Positions 1-9,630 of a stretch of 41,240 bases of DNA are shown piece by piece; the stretch's first letter is position 1, and each line of letters starts with the position of its first letter. Under the pieces are notes generated by a model. The model saw nothing but the letters and a program-made list of their open reading frames with translations. It had not been told where the DNA came from and made no database searches. The stretch is from Promethearchaeota archaeon (GTDB lineage Archaea; Asgardarchaeota; Lokiarchaeia; Sigyniarchaeales; SOKP01): positions 1 to 41,240 of the forward strand of contig JBHLME010000026.1 of the NCBI GenBank assembly GCA_048938445.1, read 5' to 3'. The translations under genes were made by a program, and so were the position numbers.

Positions 1-162
1 GACTTTCGAGATACATCAAATTTACCCGGGAATTGCAGTTCTTGCTCTAATAATTCATTTTGTTTCGGGTGCCGAAGTAGTGCATACTATTATAATGGTG
101 ATATCCTCGCAGCTGATCCCAAATGTTTCCAATATACTCCTAACTTACAGAAAAAAGAATAA
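1..162 (+). CDS. 3' end of radical SAM/SPASM-domain protein (partial, starts before window; not in ORF track)
   Basis: Frame 1 reads DFRDTSNLPGNCSSCSNNSFCFGCRSSAYYYNGDILAADPKCFQYTPNLQKKE*. This matches the SPASM CxxC-x5-CxGCR-xx-A...DPxC signature. Confidence 0.85.
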   Translation, partial: DFRDTSNLPGNCSSCSNNSFCFGCRSSAYYYNGDILAADPKCFQYTPNLQKKE

Positions 163-264
163 GTATAGAAATCTGTTCTTATGAATTATCATTTAAAGAT
201 TTATAAATAATCAATCTAATTCTTAATGGAATCCATTTTTTTATAAAATGAAATATGAATAAAA

Positions 265-1074
265 ATGAATGCACATAAAAAATATGATTTTAGTGTAAAT
301 GATGTAAGCGAAGTGTATGCTGGGCCTGGTGGAAAATTATGGGAACTATTAATGGGGGAGCAAATTCATGTAGGAGGTCCCGATCAGACAGATGTTCTTG
401 CTAAGAAGGTGGGACTTGATAAAGGTGGTGAAAATCTTTATCTCCTAGATATTTGCTCTGCCTTGGGAGGACCTGCACGCCATTTAGCTGAAAAATATGG
501 TACAAGAGTAGTGGGATTAGATATTACACTTGAAATGGTAGAGGAGGCTATAAAAAGAACTGATGGCAAATCATACGCGGATAAAATAGAATATCGTCTT
601 GGTTCAGGATTAGATATTCCCGCCCATGTAGAGACTTTTGATGTTGTATGGGGTCAGGATGCATGGTGTTACATTAGAGATAAAAATAGACTCATCCAAG
701 AGGTAAACAGAGTCATGAAAATTGGAGGATCTCTTGGATTTACAGATTGGATTTGGGGACCTATTGATCCTCCTGAAGTAGAAGCAGATTTTCTCATGGA
801 ATTTATGGTATTTCCTGATTTACAAACCTTGAATGGATATGTGGAATTAATTAAAGGTGTAGGAATGAATCTTCAAGAAAAAGAAGATTTAGGTGAAGAT
901 TTTGCAAATCATATCGATAAATATGTGGAGATATTACAAAGAGCAAAAAATGACATAATAGATGGATTTGGAGAAGAACTTTACAATGAAGCTGAAAAAG
1001 GAGTAAAAGCTTGGCAAAAAGCTGCTCATAAAAAGTGGGTAAGTAGAGGTTTATGGATTGCTAAAAAAGAATAA
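265..1074 (+). CDS. Class I SAM-dependent methyltransferase (sarcosine/dimethylglycine N-methyltransferase-like)
   Basis: LLDICSALGGPARHLA (motif I), VVGLDIT, FDVVWGQDAW, and N-terminal GEQIHVG. Confidence 0.85.
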   Translation: MNAHKKYDFSVNDVSEVYAGPGGKLWELLMGEQIHVGGPDQTDVLAKKVGLDKGGENLYLLDICSALGGPARHLAEKYGTRVVGLDITLEMVEEAIKRTDGKSYADKIEYRLGSGLDIPAHVETFDVVWGQDAWCYIRDKNRLIQEVNRVMKIGGSLGFTDWIWGPIDPPEVEADFLMEFMVFPDLQTLNGYVELIKGVGMNLQEKEDLGEDFANHIDKYVEILQRAKNDIIDGFGEELYNEAEKGVKAWQKAAHKKWVSRGLWIAKKE

Positions 1075-1114
1075 GTTTCTTCAATATTTAAATATTTATA
1101 TCTTATATTAATAT

Positions 1115-1900
1115 ATGAAATCTGCAATTATCATCTTTTCAAAAGTTCCAATTCCCGGATTAGTAAAGACACGATTAGTTCAAGACACATGTCTTACTGA
1201 ATCAGAAGGTGCTCTAATTGCTAAGGCCATGCTAAAGGACACAATCATTTTAGCTTCTGAGACTAAGGCAGATAGAATTCAAATAGGTTTTTTTCCTGAA
1301 GAATGCTATGACATCATGAGTAGTATTGTAAATACAATTAGAGTTGAAGGTAATTTTGATAAGAAAGTAGAATTGTATCACCAGAATGGTTTAAATTTTG
1401 ATCAAAGGTTTGCTTCAGTTGTAAAACAATCTCTTGATACGAATGTTGATTATTTAGTAGTATTAGGTGCTGATTTACCTTTTTTGGATCCTCAAATAAT
1501 AAACAGAGCTTTAGATGACTTAGTAGCCAATATTGACAATAAACCACTAATAATAGGTCCATCAAATGGAGGTGGTATATATCTTGTCGGTATCACTAAG
1601 AGTTTCAATCCTAATTGGTTTGTTGAACATCAATTATTTAATAATGGAATTGAATTATCTCAATTTACCTTATTTTGCAAAAAAAATGAATTCAAACTAA
1701 TTGTCCTCCCTCCTTATGGAGATATAGATATTGAAGAAGATTTAGTTACTTTAATTTCATATATTAACGTCCTTTCTATTGCTAAAGAGACTGATGGTTT
1801 CCATTTTCCTTATTACACGGCCAAAATCATTGATAAATTGGGAATATATATTGTTGAGGAGCAGGATCAAACACGTAAGAGAAAAATTGCTAAAAAGTAG
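1115..1900 (+). CDS. DUF2064/TIGR04282-like (CofC-related) glycosyl/nucleotidyl transferase
   Basis: IIFSKVPIPGLVKTRL, VLGADLP, IGPSNGGGIYLVG and DIDIEEDL motifs. Confidence 0.85.
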   Translation: MKSAIIIFSKVPIPGLVKTRLVQDTCLTESEGALIAKAMLKDTIILASETKADRIQIGFFPEECYDIMSSIVNTIRVEGNFDKKVELYHQNGLNFDQRFASVVKQSLDTNVDYLVVLGADLPFLDPQIINRALDDLVANIDNKPLIIGPSNGGGIYLVGITKSFNPNWFVEHQLFNNGIELSQFTLFCKKNEFKLIVLPPYGDIDIEEDLVTLISYINVLSIAKETDGFHFPYYTAKIIDKLGIYIVEEQDQTRKRKIAKK

Positions 1901-1905
1901 GTCTC

Positions 1906-2688
1906 TTGAATATCATGCTTGTTAGTATTATTATAATTACTTTAAATGAAGAAGAAAATTTAAAAAAAACAATTGAGTCAGTTAAGAAAGCAGCAAAATT
2001 AAACAATGGAAGTTTGTTGCCTATTGAGATTATTGTGAGTGATGGGGGTTCAGAAGATAAAACTGTTGAAATTGCTAATGTTTTAGCGGATAAAGTAATA
2101 ATAGGTCCAAGAGGAAGATATAAACAGCTAAATACTGGTGCTAAAGTTTCAAATGGAGATATTCTTTTATTTTTACATGCAGATACTTTACTACCTCCAG
2201 ACGCGATTTTAATGATTATTAATCAGATGAGTGATTTTAATGTATTTGGTGGGGGATTTAAAAAAAAATGGAATTGGAATCCAAATGTTCAATTAACATC
2301 ATTTCTCAAATTCATGAGTTACATGTGGCAAGGATTTGGAATTTGGTTGGTTAGGCTCTTAAAAACATTTCCTGGAGATAACGCGATATTTGTTCGGAAA
2401 TCGATTTTCCAAAAATTAAATGGATTCTCCGCTTTATGGATTTGTGAAGATTTTGATTTTATTAAACGTTTAAAAAAACTTGGAAGAAAACATGTGATAT
2501 TTATTAATTCTGCAGTATTAACCTCAACTAGACGTTACGAAAAATATGGCTTTTTTAAGATTAATATAATTTGGTTTTTTATTTATTTTACATGGCGATT
2601 TGGAATGCCATCAAATCGACTCAGGAATCGTTTTAAGAAGTATTCAATCATTCCAAAACGAGTAAATCGTTTAATTATAAGATTTTAA
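1906..2688 (+). CDS. GT2 family glycosyltransferase, TIGR04283-like (start TTG 1906 or ATG 1915)
   Basis: SIIIITLNEE, VSDGGSED, GRYKQLNTGA, FLHADT, GDNAIFVRK, EDFDF and TSTRRY motifs. Confidence 0.88.
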   Translation: MNIMLVSIIIITLNEEENLKKTIESVKKAAKLNNGSLLPIEIIVSDGGSEDKTVEIANVLADKVIIGPRGRYKQLNTGAKVSNGDILLFLHADTLLPPDAILMIINQMSDFNVFGGGFKKKWNWNPNVQLTSFLKFMSYMWQGFGIWLVRLLKTFPGDNAIFVRKSIFQKLNGFSALWICEDFDFIKRLKKLGRKHVIFINSAVLTSTRRYEKYGFFKINIIWFFIYFTWRFGMPSNRLRNRFKKYSIIPKRVNRLIIRF

Positions 2689-2719
2689 TAAATTCTAATA
2701 AAATTAATTATGCTTTACA

Positions 2720-2775
2720 ATTCACATAAAAAAAAGAATAAGAGAAAATAGAAAAAAAAAAAAAATTAAAATTTA
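2720..2775. terminator. Poly-A tract (poly-T on minus strand) between convergent genes; likely archaeal terminator of the PKD operon
   Basis: Long A runs immediately downstream of the stop codon of the minus-strand gene ending at 2781. Confidence 0.45.
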
Positions 2776-2780
2776 TTTAG

Positions 2781-5700
2781 TTATCGTCTTCGCCTATTTA
2801 TTACGACACCAGTAACACCAATCCCAATAACTAAAGCAGCACCACATCCAAAGACTAAACTCAAAATATAGATGAAATCATTGATATAATCTGCTAGTGT
2901 TGGATCCGTTGGGGTATATGGTACTGTTGCTGGATCTGATTTGGGTCCTTCAACACCATATTCATTGACAGCGGCTACTTGATAAGTTCCTAATAATGGA
3001 TCAATATCCCCTTCCAATGGCATGTAATAAAGTTCAGTATCCGTAGTACTATCAATGAATTCACCATTACAATATACATTGTAATATGAAACTGCTTCAA
3101 CATTTGGAACCCATTCTATATATACTCCAGTTCCTATAGTCATCTGTCGAACAGATACATTCTGAACCTTTACTGGAGTGGGTGGCGCTGTGGCAATGAT
3201 GTAGCCCGACTTGGTCTCGGTGTCGCTATCGGAATTCCTGTCCGTTACCGTCAAGGACACCGTGTAAGTGCCAGGCGTTGAGTACACGTGCGTTGGATTG
3301 GCCAAGTCACTGTCTATTATGCCGTCGCTATCAAAATCCCAGGCATAAGTGACGGGACTGTTGCCCAAGGTACCTGTAGAAGTGAACGTCACGGTCTGAC
3401 CGGTTACTGGATTCAAGATGTCAGCAATAAAATCGATGTCTGGCTGCGTGTCTAAATCCACCGTGATGTAGCCCGTCTTAGTCTCGGTATCGGTATCAAG
3501 ATCACTATCCGTTACCGTCAACGAGACCGTGTAAGTACCCGGTGTTGAGTAGACGTGCGTTGGATTGGCAACGACATAGTCCGTGATGCCATCGCCGTCA
3601 ACATCCCAGGCATAAGTCGAAGGTTCATCACCTAAGTAACCTGAGGAAGTGAACGACACGGTCTGGCCGGTTACTGGATTCAAGATGTCGGCAATGAAAT
3701 CTATATCTGGTACGGTAGTTAATACTACCGTGATGTAGCCCGTCTTGGTCTCGGTGTCGCTGTCGGAATTCCTGTCCGTTACCGTCAAGGACACCGTGTA
3801 AGTGCCAGGCGTTGAGTAGACGTGTGTTGGATTGGCAGTGGTATAGTCCGTGATGCCATCGCCATCAACATCCCAAGCATAAGTGACGGGACTGTTGCCC
3901 AAGGTGCCTGAAGAAGTGAACGACACGGTCTGGCCGGTTACTGGATTCAAGATGTCTGCAATAAAATCGATATCTGGTTGCGTGTCTAAATCCACTGTGA
4001 TATAGCCCGACTTGGTCTCGGTGTCGCTGTCGGAATCCCTATCCGTTACCGTCAAGGACACCGTGTAAGTGCCAGGCGATGAGTAGACGTGTGTTGGATT
4101 GGCAGTGGTATAGTCCGTGATGCCATCGCCGTCAACATCCCAGGCATAAGTCGCGGGACTGTTGCCCAAGGTGCCTGAAGAAGTGAACGACACGGTCTGG
4201 CCGGTTACTGGATTCAAGATGTCTGCAATAAAATCGATATCTGGTTGCGTGTCTAAATCCACTGTGATATAGCCCGACTTGGTCTCGGTGTCGCTGTCGG
4301 AATCCCTATCCGTTACCGTCAAGGACACCGTGTAAGTGCCAGGCGATGAGTAGACGTGTGTTGGATTGGCAGTGGTATAGTCCGTGATGCCATCGCCGTC
4401 AACATCCCAGGCATAAGTCGCGGGACTGTTGCCCAAGGTGCCTGAAGAAGTGAACGACACGGTCTGGCCGGTTACTGGATTCAAGATGTCTGCAATAAAA
4501 TCGATGTCTGGCTGCGTGTCTAAATCCACCGTGATGTAGCCTGTCTTGGTCTCGGTATCGGTATCGAGATCACTATCCGTTACCGTCAAGGACACCGTGT
4601 AAGTACCCGGTGTTGAGTAGACGTGTGTTGGATTGGCAATGTCATAATCCGTGATACCATCACCGTCAACATCCCAGGCATAAGTGGATGGTGTATCTCC
4701 CAAGCTACCTGATGATGTGAACGACACGGTTTGTCCTGTTACTGGATTCAGATTGTCAGCAATAAAATCAATATTTGGAACAAGATTACTGCCAACTACG
4801 ATGTAATCTATTTTTATTTCGGTGTCGCTGTCAGAATCTCTATCTGTTACAGTCAATGAAACTGTATAATTACCTTCTATATTGTAAGTATGTGTTGGAT
4901 TGGCAGTGACATAGTCCGTGATGCCATCACCGTCAACATCCCAAGCATAAGTGATAGGACCGTTGCCCAAGGTGCCTAAAACACTAAAACTCACACTCTC
5001 ACCTATAAGAATGCTCGTTTCATCTGCACTGAAATCGATATCTGGTTGGGTATCTAAATCCACCGTGATGTAGCTCGACTTGGTCTCGATATCGCTGTCG
5101 GAATCCCTGTCCGTTACCGTCAACGAGACCGTGTAAGTTCCTGATGAGGAGTAAATATGCGTTGGATTGGCCAAGTCGCTGTCTATTATACCGTCGTTAT
5201 CAAAATCCCAAGCATAAGCGACAGGACCGTTGCCCAAGATGCCTGAAGAAGTGAACGACACGGTTTGGTCAGTTACTGGATTCAAGATGTCGGCAATAAA
5301 ATCGATGTCTGGCTGTGTGTCCAGATCCACCGTGATATAGCCCGACTTGGTCTCGGTGTCGCTGTCGGAATCCCTGTCCGTTACCGTCAACGAGACCGTA
5401 TAAGTACCTGATGAGGAGTAAGCGTGCGTTGGATTAGCAGTGGCATAATCCGTGATGCCATCGCCATCAACATCCCAAGCATAAGTGACGGGGATATTAC
5501 CTAAAGTACCTGAAGAAGTGAACGACACGGTCTGGTCGGTTACTGGATTTAAAATGTCGGCAATAAAATCGATGTCTGGTTGGGTGTCCAATTCCACTGT
5601 GATATAGCCCGACTTGGTCTCGACATCACTATCGCCATCATCATCAGTGACGGTCAATGAAACCGTGTAAGTGCCCGAAGTAGAATAGGTGTGTGTTGGA

Positions 5701-8336
5701 TTGGCAGTGGTATAATCCGTGATGCCATCGCCGTCAACATCCCAGGCATAGGTCGAAGGTACATTACCCAAGGTGCCTGATGAAGTAAAGCTCACACTCT
5801 CACCTTCAAGAATGAGAGTTACATCGGCACTGAAATCGATTTCTGGTTGGGTGTCCAATTCCACCGTGATGTAATTTGTCTTGGTTTCAGTATCGGTATC
5901 GAGATCACTATCCGTTACCGTCAAGGAAACAGTATAAGTGCCAGGCGTTGAGTAGACGTGCGTTGGATTGGCAGTGGTATAGTCCGTGATACCATCACCA
6001 TCAACATCCCAAGCATAAGTCGAAGGTTCATCACCTAGATCTCCAGATGAGGTGAACGAGACAATTTGACCAGTAACAGGTGTTAAATCATCAGCACTGA
6101 AATCGATATTTGGAACCAAATCTGGTTTTATTTGGTATGTACAAGTTATTCCAAATCCTTCTTTAGTAAAGACATATTGTTCCTTACATTCAGCATCAGT
6201 CATGATACCACTATCAAAATAGGTTCTTTGACAATCTAATGGGTCTGATATAGCATTTACAGTTCCATCATTTCCATAAAACGACATTTCGGAAAAACCT
6301 GCTACATCTTGCCAATACCAATGAACACTACTGTAAGTATCACCTGAAAATATTGCAGACATTTCTTGTACGGGCATGTATGACCACGCACCAGCCGTAT
6401 CAGTTTTTACATACCTCCAATCACTCAATGGATTATCGGTTGCAGCCACGATAGGATTACTCTCATCATAACGTCCAATTACTGGACCAGCATCATTAAC
6501 AAGATAATCTTCTCCACCATTGCTACCATCTGGAACACATACTCGAGTTGTGGCATAAGCAGAATCACATTGAATGTATCCATATCCACTTGGAGCTTGT
6601 CCAAGCCAGACTTCAGGATTATCACTTCTAATATCCGTATGAAGTCTAGTACCTTGATTAAACATGTAATAAGCATGCATGTATACATCTAAGTTTGGAT
6701 CAGTTGCTCCTCGTGGTGAGTAATCCAAATTAATATCAACATTAATATCTTTGAATTCGTTTGCATAGAATAGAGTTGTTTTTCTATAAAAAGCTAAACC
6801 CTCTTCATATTCCATTATATTTACCCCAGCTTCATCTTGATAAGGGAATTGTACTTGTCTTAATGAGAACAAGTCTACAACAACCCTAACTGGGCCATCT
6901 ATAGCACATTCATGATTATTACCAAGTGTAATTAACCCTCTTACAAAAGGACAATACTCGCTAGAACTACCGTAATCTCCATCATGATCCATGTAATCAT
7001 CATATGCGCAAGTTACATATACAAATAGCATACCAAGTTCCCTATATTGATCCCTTGCTGTGCCATGATTTTGTCCGTCTGGTAAAGGTTGATTATATCG
7101 TCGATGTCCATTATTATAGTCAAAATCTTGACCTGGAAATGTAGTATCACCTGGACCCACTCCAAGATTCATTAGATCAAAATCCATTGTCACTGCATAA
7201 CCTATATCGGAATCTATTTCGTCATAAAAGACGCCATTCCACGTTCCCATCCTTGCCGTATCCTGATGAGATTGAGAATTAATAGCTCCTGCGCCAAAGC
7301 TTGCTCCTGCTCTTTGAACATCTAACATGAGTTCTTGCCATTCTTTATTCCATTCGGAAAACATGTTTTGACCCTCAACAGTAATATCAGCAAGATAAGC
7401 TTGATCACCCGTAGAATCATAAGCAAATTCATAATTCTGCCCTATTACGGTTTGTGTAGCAATATCCCAATTGACAAGGTCTGCTCCACCAGTAGGTATG
7501 AAATAATTTTCTGCTGGAGGAGAGGTTCCTGTATCGTCGTTATAATATAGATACATGTAACCTATCTCAGTTGGATTGGCAGGATCGGTAATTGCGATCT
7601 CATATCGATAAGGATATGATGCTGCGTTCCACCAAATAGAAGAACTGACTTGATCACCGTTAAATGAGTAAAAACATAATTCATCATCCCAATCGATCCT
7701 GTCTGGTAATTGCTCCTTAGCATTCCCTGGTTGTTCCTCTAACCATGGCGACTTTGTAGGATCGGGTTGAACGGGTTGTGGATCTTTTTGCGCTGCCCCA
7801 TCACCTACAGGGGAATTCCACGTATCATATACTTCTGCTTCTCTTGCAGCCCAGTATTCCATCACGCAGGTATAATTCGAGAGTTCCTTTTCACTTCCGA
7901 TAGCACCATCAACATGTTTACCCACATATCGGTGATCAGGTATGAAATGACCCCAGTTGCATTGTTCTGTAGTTTGGGAACCACCCGAAAAATCAACAGT
8001 ACCAGAAACAGTTTTCCCTGTCTCATAGGTATAGGATCTAAAATATCCCATTTCATCTAATTGAAAAGGTACTAAGTTCCAAGATCCATCATAATACGCG
8101 ATTCGAATATTGTCTAAATGATGATTTTTTAAAGCGATCCATAATGCTCCTCCATCCGTGTTTTGGTCAAGAATTACGGGATACCCTACTAAGTTAAGAG
8201 TCCCAGAAGTCAAAACTTTTTCAGGATTTTTTTGTATTTTTCCTATATTTACAGCAGTGAATAAAATAGGCAGTAAAAATAGGCTTAATAACATGAAGTA
8301 TTTTAAAATTTTATTCATCTTAGATTTTTTATTCAT
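2781..8336 (-). CDS. Large cell-surface protein: signal/TM segment, ~730-aa unknown N-domain, 11 tandem PKD domains, FN3-like domain, C-terminal TM anchor plus RRRR
   Basis: Start is probably ATG 8336 (GGAGG upstream, overlaps the upstream stop). Repeats read YAWDVDGDG..NPTHVYSTPGTYTVSLTVTD. A hydrophobic C-terminal segment is followed by a basic tail. Confidence 0.9.
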   Translation of the reverse strand: MNKKSKMNKILKYFMLLSLFLLPILFTAVNIGKIQKNPEKVLTSGTLNLVGYPVILDQNTDGGALWIALKNHHLDNIRIAYYDGSWNLVPFQLDEMGYFRSYTYETGKTVSGTVDFSGGSQTTEQCNWGHFIPDHRYVGKHVDGAIGSEKELSNYTCVMEYWAAREAEVYDTWNSPVGDGAAQKDPQPVQPDPTKSPWLEEQPGNAKEQLPDRIDWDDELCFYSFNGDQVSSSIWWNAASYPYRYEIAITDPANPTEIGYMYLYYNDDTGTSPPAENYFIPTGGADLVNWDIATQTVIGQNYEFAYDSTGDQAYLADITVEGQNMFSEWNKEWQELMLDVQRAGASFGAGAINSQSHQDTARMGTWNGVFYDEIDSDIGYAVTMDFDLMNLGVGPGDTTFPGQDFDYNNGHRRYNQPLPDGQNHGTARDQYRELGMLFVYVTCAYDDYMDHDGDYGSSSEYCPFVRGLITLGNNHECAIDGPVRVVVDLFSLRQVQFPYQDEAGVNIMEYEEGLAFYRKTTLFYANEFKDINVDINLDYSPRGATDPNLDVYMHAYYMFNQGTRLHTDIRSDNPEVWLGQAPSGYGYIQCDSAYATTRVCVPDGSNGGEDYLVNDAGPVIGRYDESNPIVAATDNPLSDWRYVKTDTAGAWSYMPVQEMSAIFSGDTYSSVHWYWQDVAGFSEMSFYGNDGTVNAISDPLDCQRTYFDSGIMTDAECKEQYVFTKEGFGITCTYQIKPDLVPNIDFSADDLTPVTGQIVSFTSSGDLGDEPSTYAWDVDGDGITDYTTANPTHVYSTPGTYTVSLTVTDSDLDTDTETKTNYITVELDTQPEIDFSADVTLILEGESVSFTSSGTLGNVPSTYAWDVDGDGITDYTTANPTHTYSTSGTYTVSLTVTDDDGDSDVETKSGYITVELDTQPDIDFIADILNPVTDQTVSFTSSGTLGNIPVTYAWDVDGDGITDYATANPTHAYSSSGTYTVSLTVTDRDSDSDTETKSGYITVDLDTQPDIDFIADILNPVTDQTVSFTSSGILGNGPVAYAWDFDNDGIIDSDLANPTHIYSSSGTYTVSLTVTDRDSDSDIETKSSYITVDLDTQPDIDFSADETSILIGESVSFSVLGTLGNGPITYAWDVDGDGITDYVTANPTHTYNIEGNYTVSLTVTDRDSDSDTEIKIDYIVVGSNLVPNIDFIADNLNPVTGQTVSFTSSGSLGDTPSTYAWDVDGDGITDYDIANPTHVYSTPGTYTVSLTVTDSDLDTDTETKTGYITVDLDTQPDIDFIADILNPVTGQTVSFTSSGTLGNSPATYAWDVDGDGITDYTTANPTHVYSSPGTYTVSLTVTDRDSDSDTETKSGYITVDLDTQPDIDFIADILNPVTGQTVSFTSSGTLGNSPATYAWDVDGDGITDYTTANPTHVYSSPGTYTVSLTVTDRDSDSDTETKSGYITVDLDTQPDIDFIADILNPVTGQTVSFTSSGTLGNSPVTYAWDVDGDGITDYTTANPTHVYSTPGTYTVSLTVTDRNSDSDTETKTGYITVVLTTVPDIDFIADILNPVTGQTVSFTSSGYLGDEPSTYAWDVDGDGITDYVVANPTHVYSTPGTYTVSLTVTDSDLDTDTETKTGYITVDLDTQPDIDFIADILNPVTGQTVTFTSTGTLGNSPVTYAWDFDSDGIIDSDLANPTHVYSTPGTYTVSLTVTDRNSDSDTETKSGYIIATAPPTPVKVQNVSVRQMTIGTGVYIEWVPNVEAVSYYNVYCNGEFIDSTTDTELYYMPLEGDIDPLLGTYQVAAVNEYGVEGPKSDPATVPYTPTDPTLADYINDFIYILSLVFGCGAALVIGIGVTGVVINRRRR
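3193..6116 (-). repeat. Intragenic tandem array of 11 x 267-bp (89-aa) PKD units
   Basis: Units were counted in the translation. The 267-bp period was checked by eye; 3887-4505 is a perfect 267-bp-periodic stretch. Confidence 0.92.
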
Positions 8337-9630
8337 AGTTATCATCCTCCTTCTCTTCATATAATCCATTACCTTGATCATAGTTATTCTCTGTATAATC
8401 ATCTTTTTCTTGCAATCCGCTCAAAAATACATGCTGACTTACTCTTTGTGATACTAACGTTTTTGATTTTGGTTTTTTTTTAGACACTGTACTTCCAAGT
8501 ATTGCAATAGTTGATAGACCAATCATTGCTACTCCTAATATTATTCCTCCCATTCCTAATGTATTTGCTAACGCATTAGTATCCGCTGGTAAACCATAAA
8601 GATATTGGGCTAGAAATGGCATTAATTCATATTCAAAGTCCTGCAACCAATTGAGAATAATTTTCATTTGCTCTGCTGTCAATCCAAACTCAGACATTAA
8701 GTAGCTTGCAATACTTGAATCAGGATTATCTCTTGCTGCTTTCCATCTCTCAATTCCTAGGGGATTGGTTAAAGCATATTCATTTGTTTCATTCCAAAGA
8801 GCCTCAGCTTCATTATATGTTAGATTTAAAGGATTTGGAATTCCTGCCTCTAATCCATAAGCTTCCATAAATCCTAAAGGAAGTGGAAATCCTGGAGCGC
8901 TAACTAGTTCACCATTCGCCCATTGAATTAAGAAATAATAATAAGCTATTGCCTGAATTGTATCATCCACAACAGATAATTCAGGTCTTAAAACTAAATG
9001 CTTACCATCCTCAAGTACTTTAGGAATTCTATTATAAAATACATATATACGAGTATAATTAACAAGAGCAGTTAGTTGATCCCAAGTACATTGGTAATTT
9101 GTTTCCATTTCAGCTATTAACAATGGATTTGTGCTTGCAATAGCATAATTTTCAAAAAATTCAATTGCATCCCAGGCATTTGATTCAAGATTCAACGTAT
9201 CATTTATTAAACCAGGAATATAACCTGATTGTCCTTTAATCCCACTACCAAATAATAATAAACTTTGCGCTTCTGGAGTAAAACTCAAGTTTTTACCATA
9301 ATAATATGAAGGACATAAGAGTTCAACGGTATCAGTTGATTCTGTATATGTGATATTTGCATCTTCACTAATATCATTGAAAAATGTTTCTGATCCATCA
9401 TAATTAGCGTCACAAATTCCATTTGCTAGGTAAAACATTGTAGAACTAAATGTTACATTGACCATATTCTCTACAATAGGTCCAGCTTCATCTCTAATTC
9501 CAATAAGTCCGGTATCAAGATTAGCAGATACTAAATCACCAATATATTGATCAGCAATTACTCCGACGGGAAGTATCACGCTTCCAAATAGTAATAATAT
9601 GACCGCAGTAAATGTTAATTTTTTTGACAT
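8329..9630 (-). CDS. Secreted/membrane-anchored hypothetical protein, translationally coupled to the PKD protein
   Basis: N-terminal signal peptide, many NxS/T sequons, C-terminal TM followed by a KKKPK and acidic cytoplasmic tail. Its stop overlaps the next ATG (ATGAATAA). Confidence 0.75.
   Translation of the reverse strand: MSKKLTFTAVILLLFGSVILPVGVIADQYIGDLVSANLDTGLIGIRDEAGPIVENMVNVTFSSTMFYLANGICDANYDGSETFFNDISEDANITYTESTDTVELLCPSYYYGKNLSFTPEAQSLLLFGSGIKGQSGYIPGLINDTLNLESNAWDAIEFFENYAIASTNPLLIAEMETNYQCTWDQLTALVNYTRIYVFYNRIPKVLEDGKHLVLRPELSVVDDTIQAIAYYYFLIQWANGELVSAPGFPLPLGFMEAYGLEAGIPNPLNLTYNEAEALWNETNEYALTNPLGIERWKAARDNPDSSIASYLMSEFGLTAEQMKIILNWLQDFEYELMPFLAQYLYGLPADTNALANTLGMGGIILGVAMIGLSTIAILGSTVSKKKPKSKTLVSQRVSQHVFLSGLQEKDDYTENNYDQGNGLYEEKEDDNYE

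Noticed and set aside
163-264. Possible SECIS element or selenoprotein readthrough near the rSAM cluster
   Set aside because: No convincing AUGA/GA kink-turn hairpin, and no in-frame TGA at a Cys-equivalent position was seen in the window.
3193-6116. Repeat array as CRISPR or DGR template/variable repeats
   Set aside because: Units are 267-bp in-frame coding repeats with no spacers, and no cas or reverse transcriptase gene is in the window.
8337-8402. ORF-track N-terminal extension of the PKD protein
   Set aside because: It overlaps the upstream gene; ATG 8336 has a GGAGG SD and yields a proper signal peptide.
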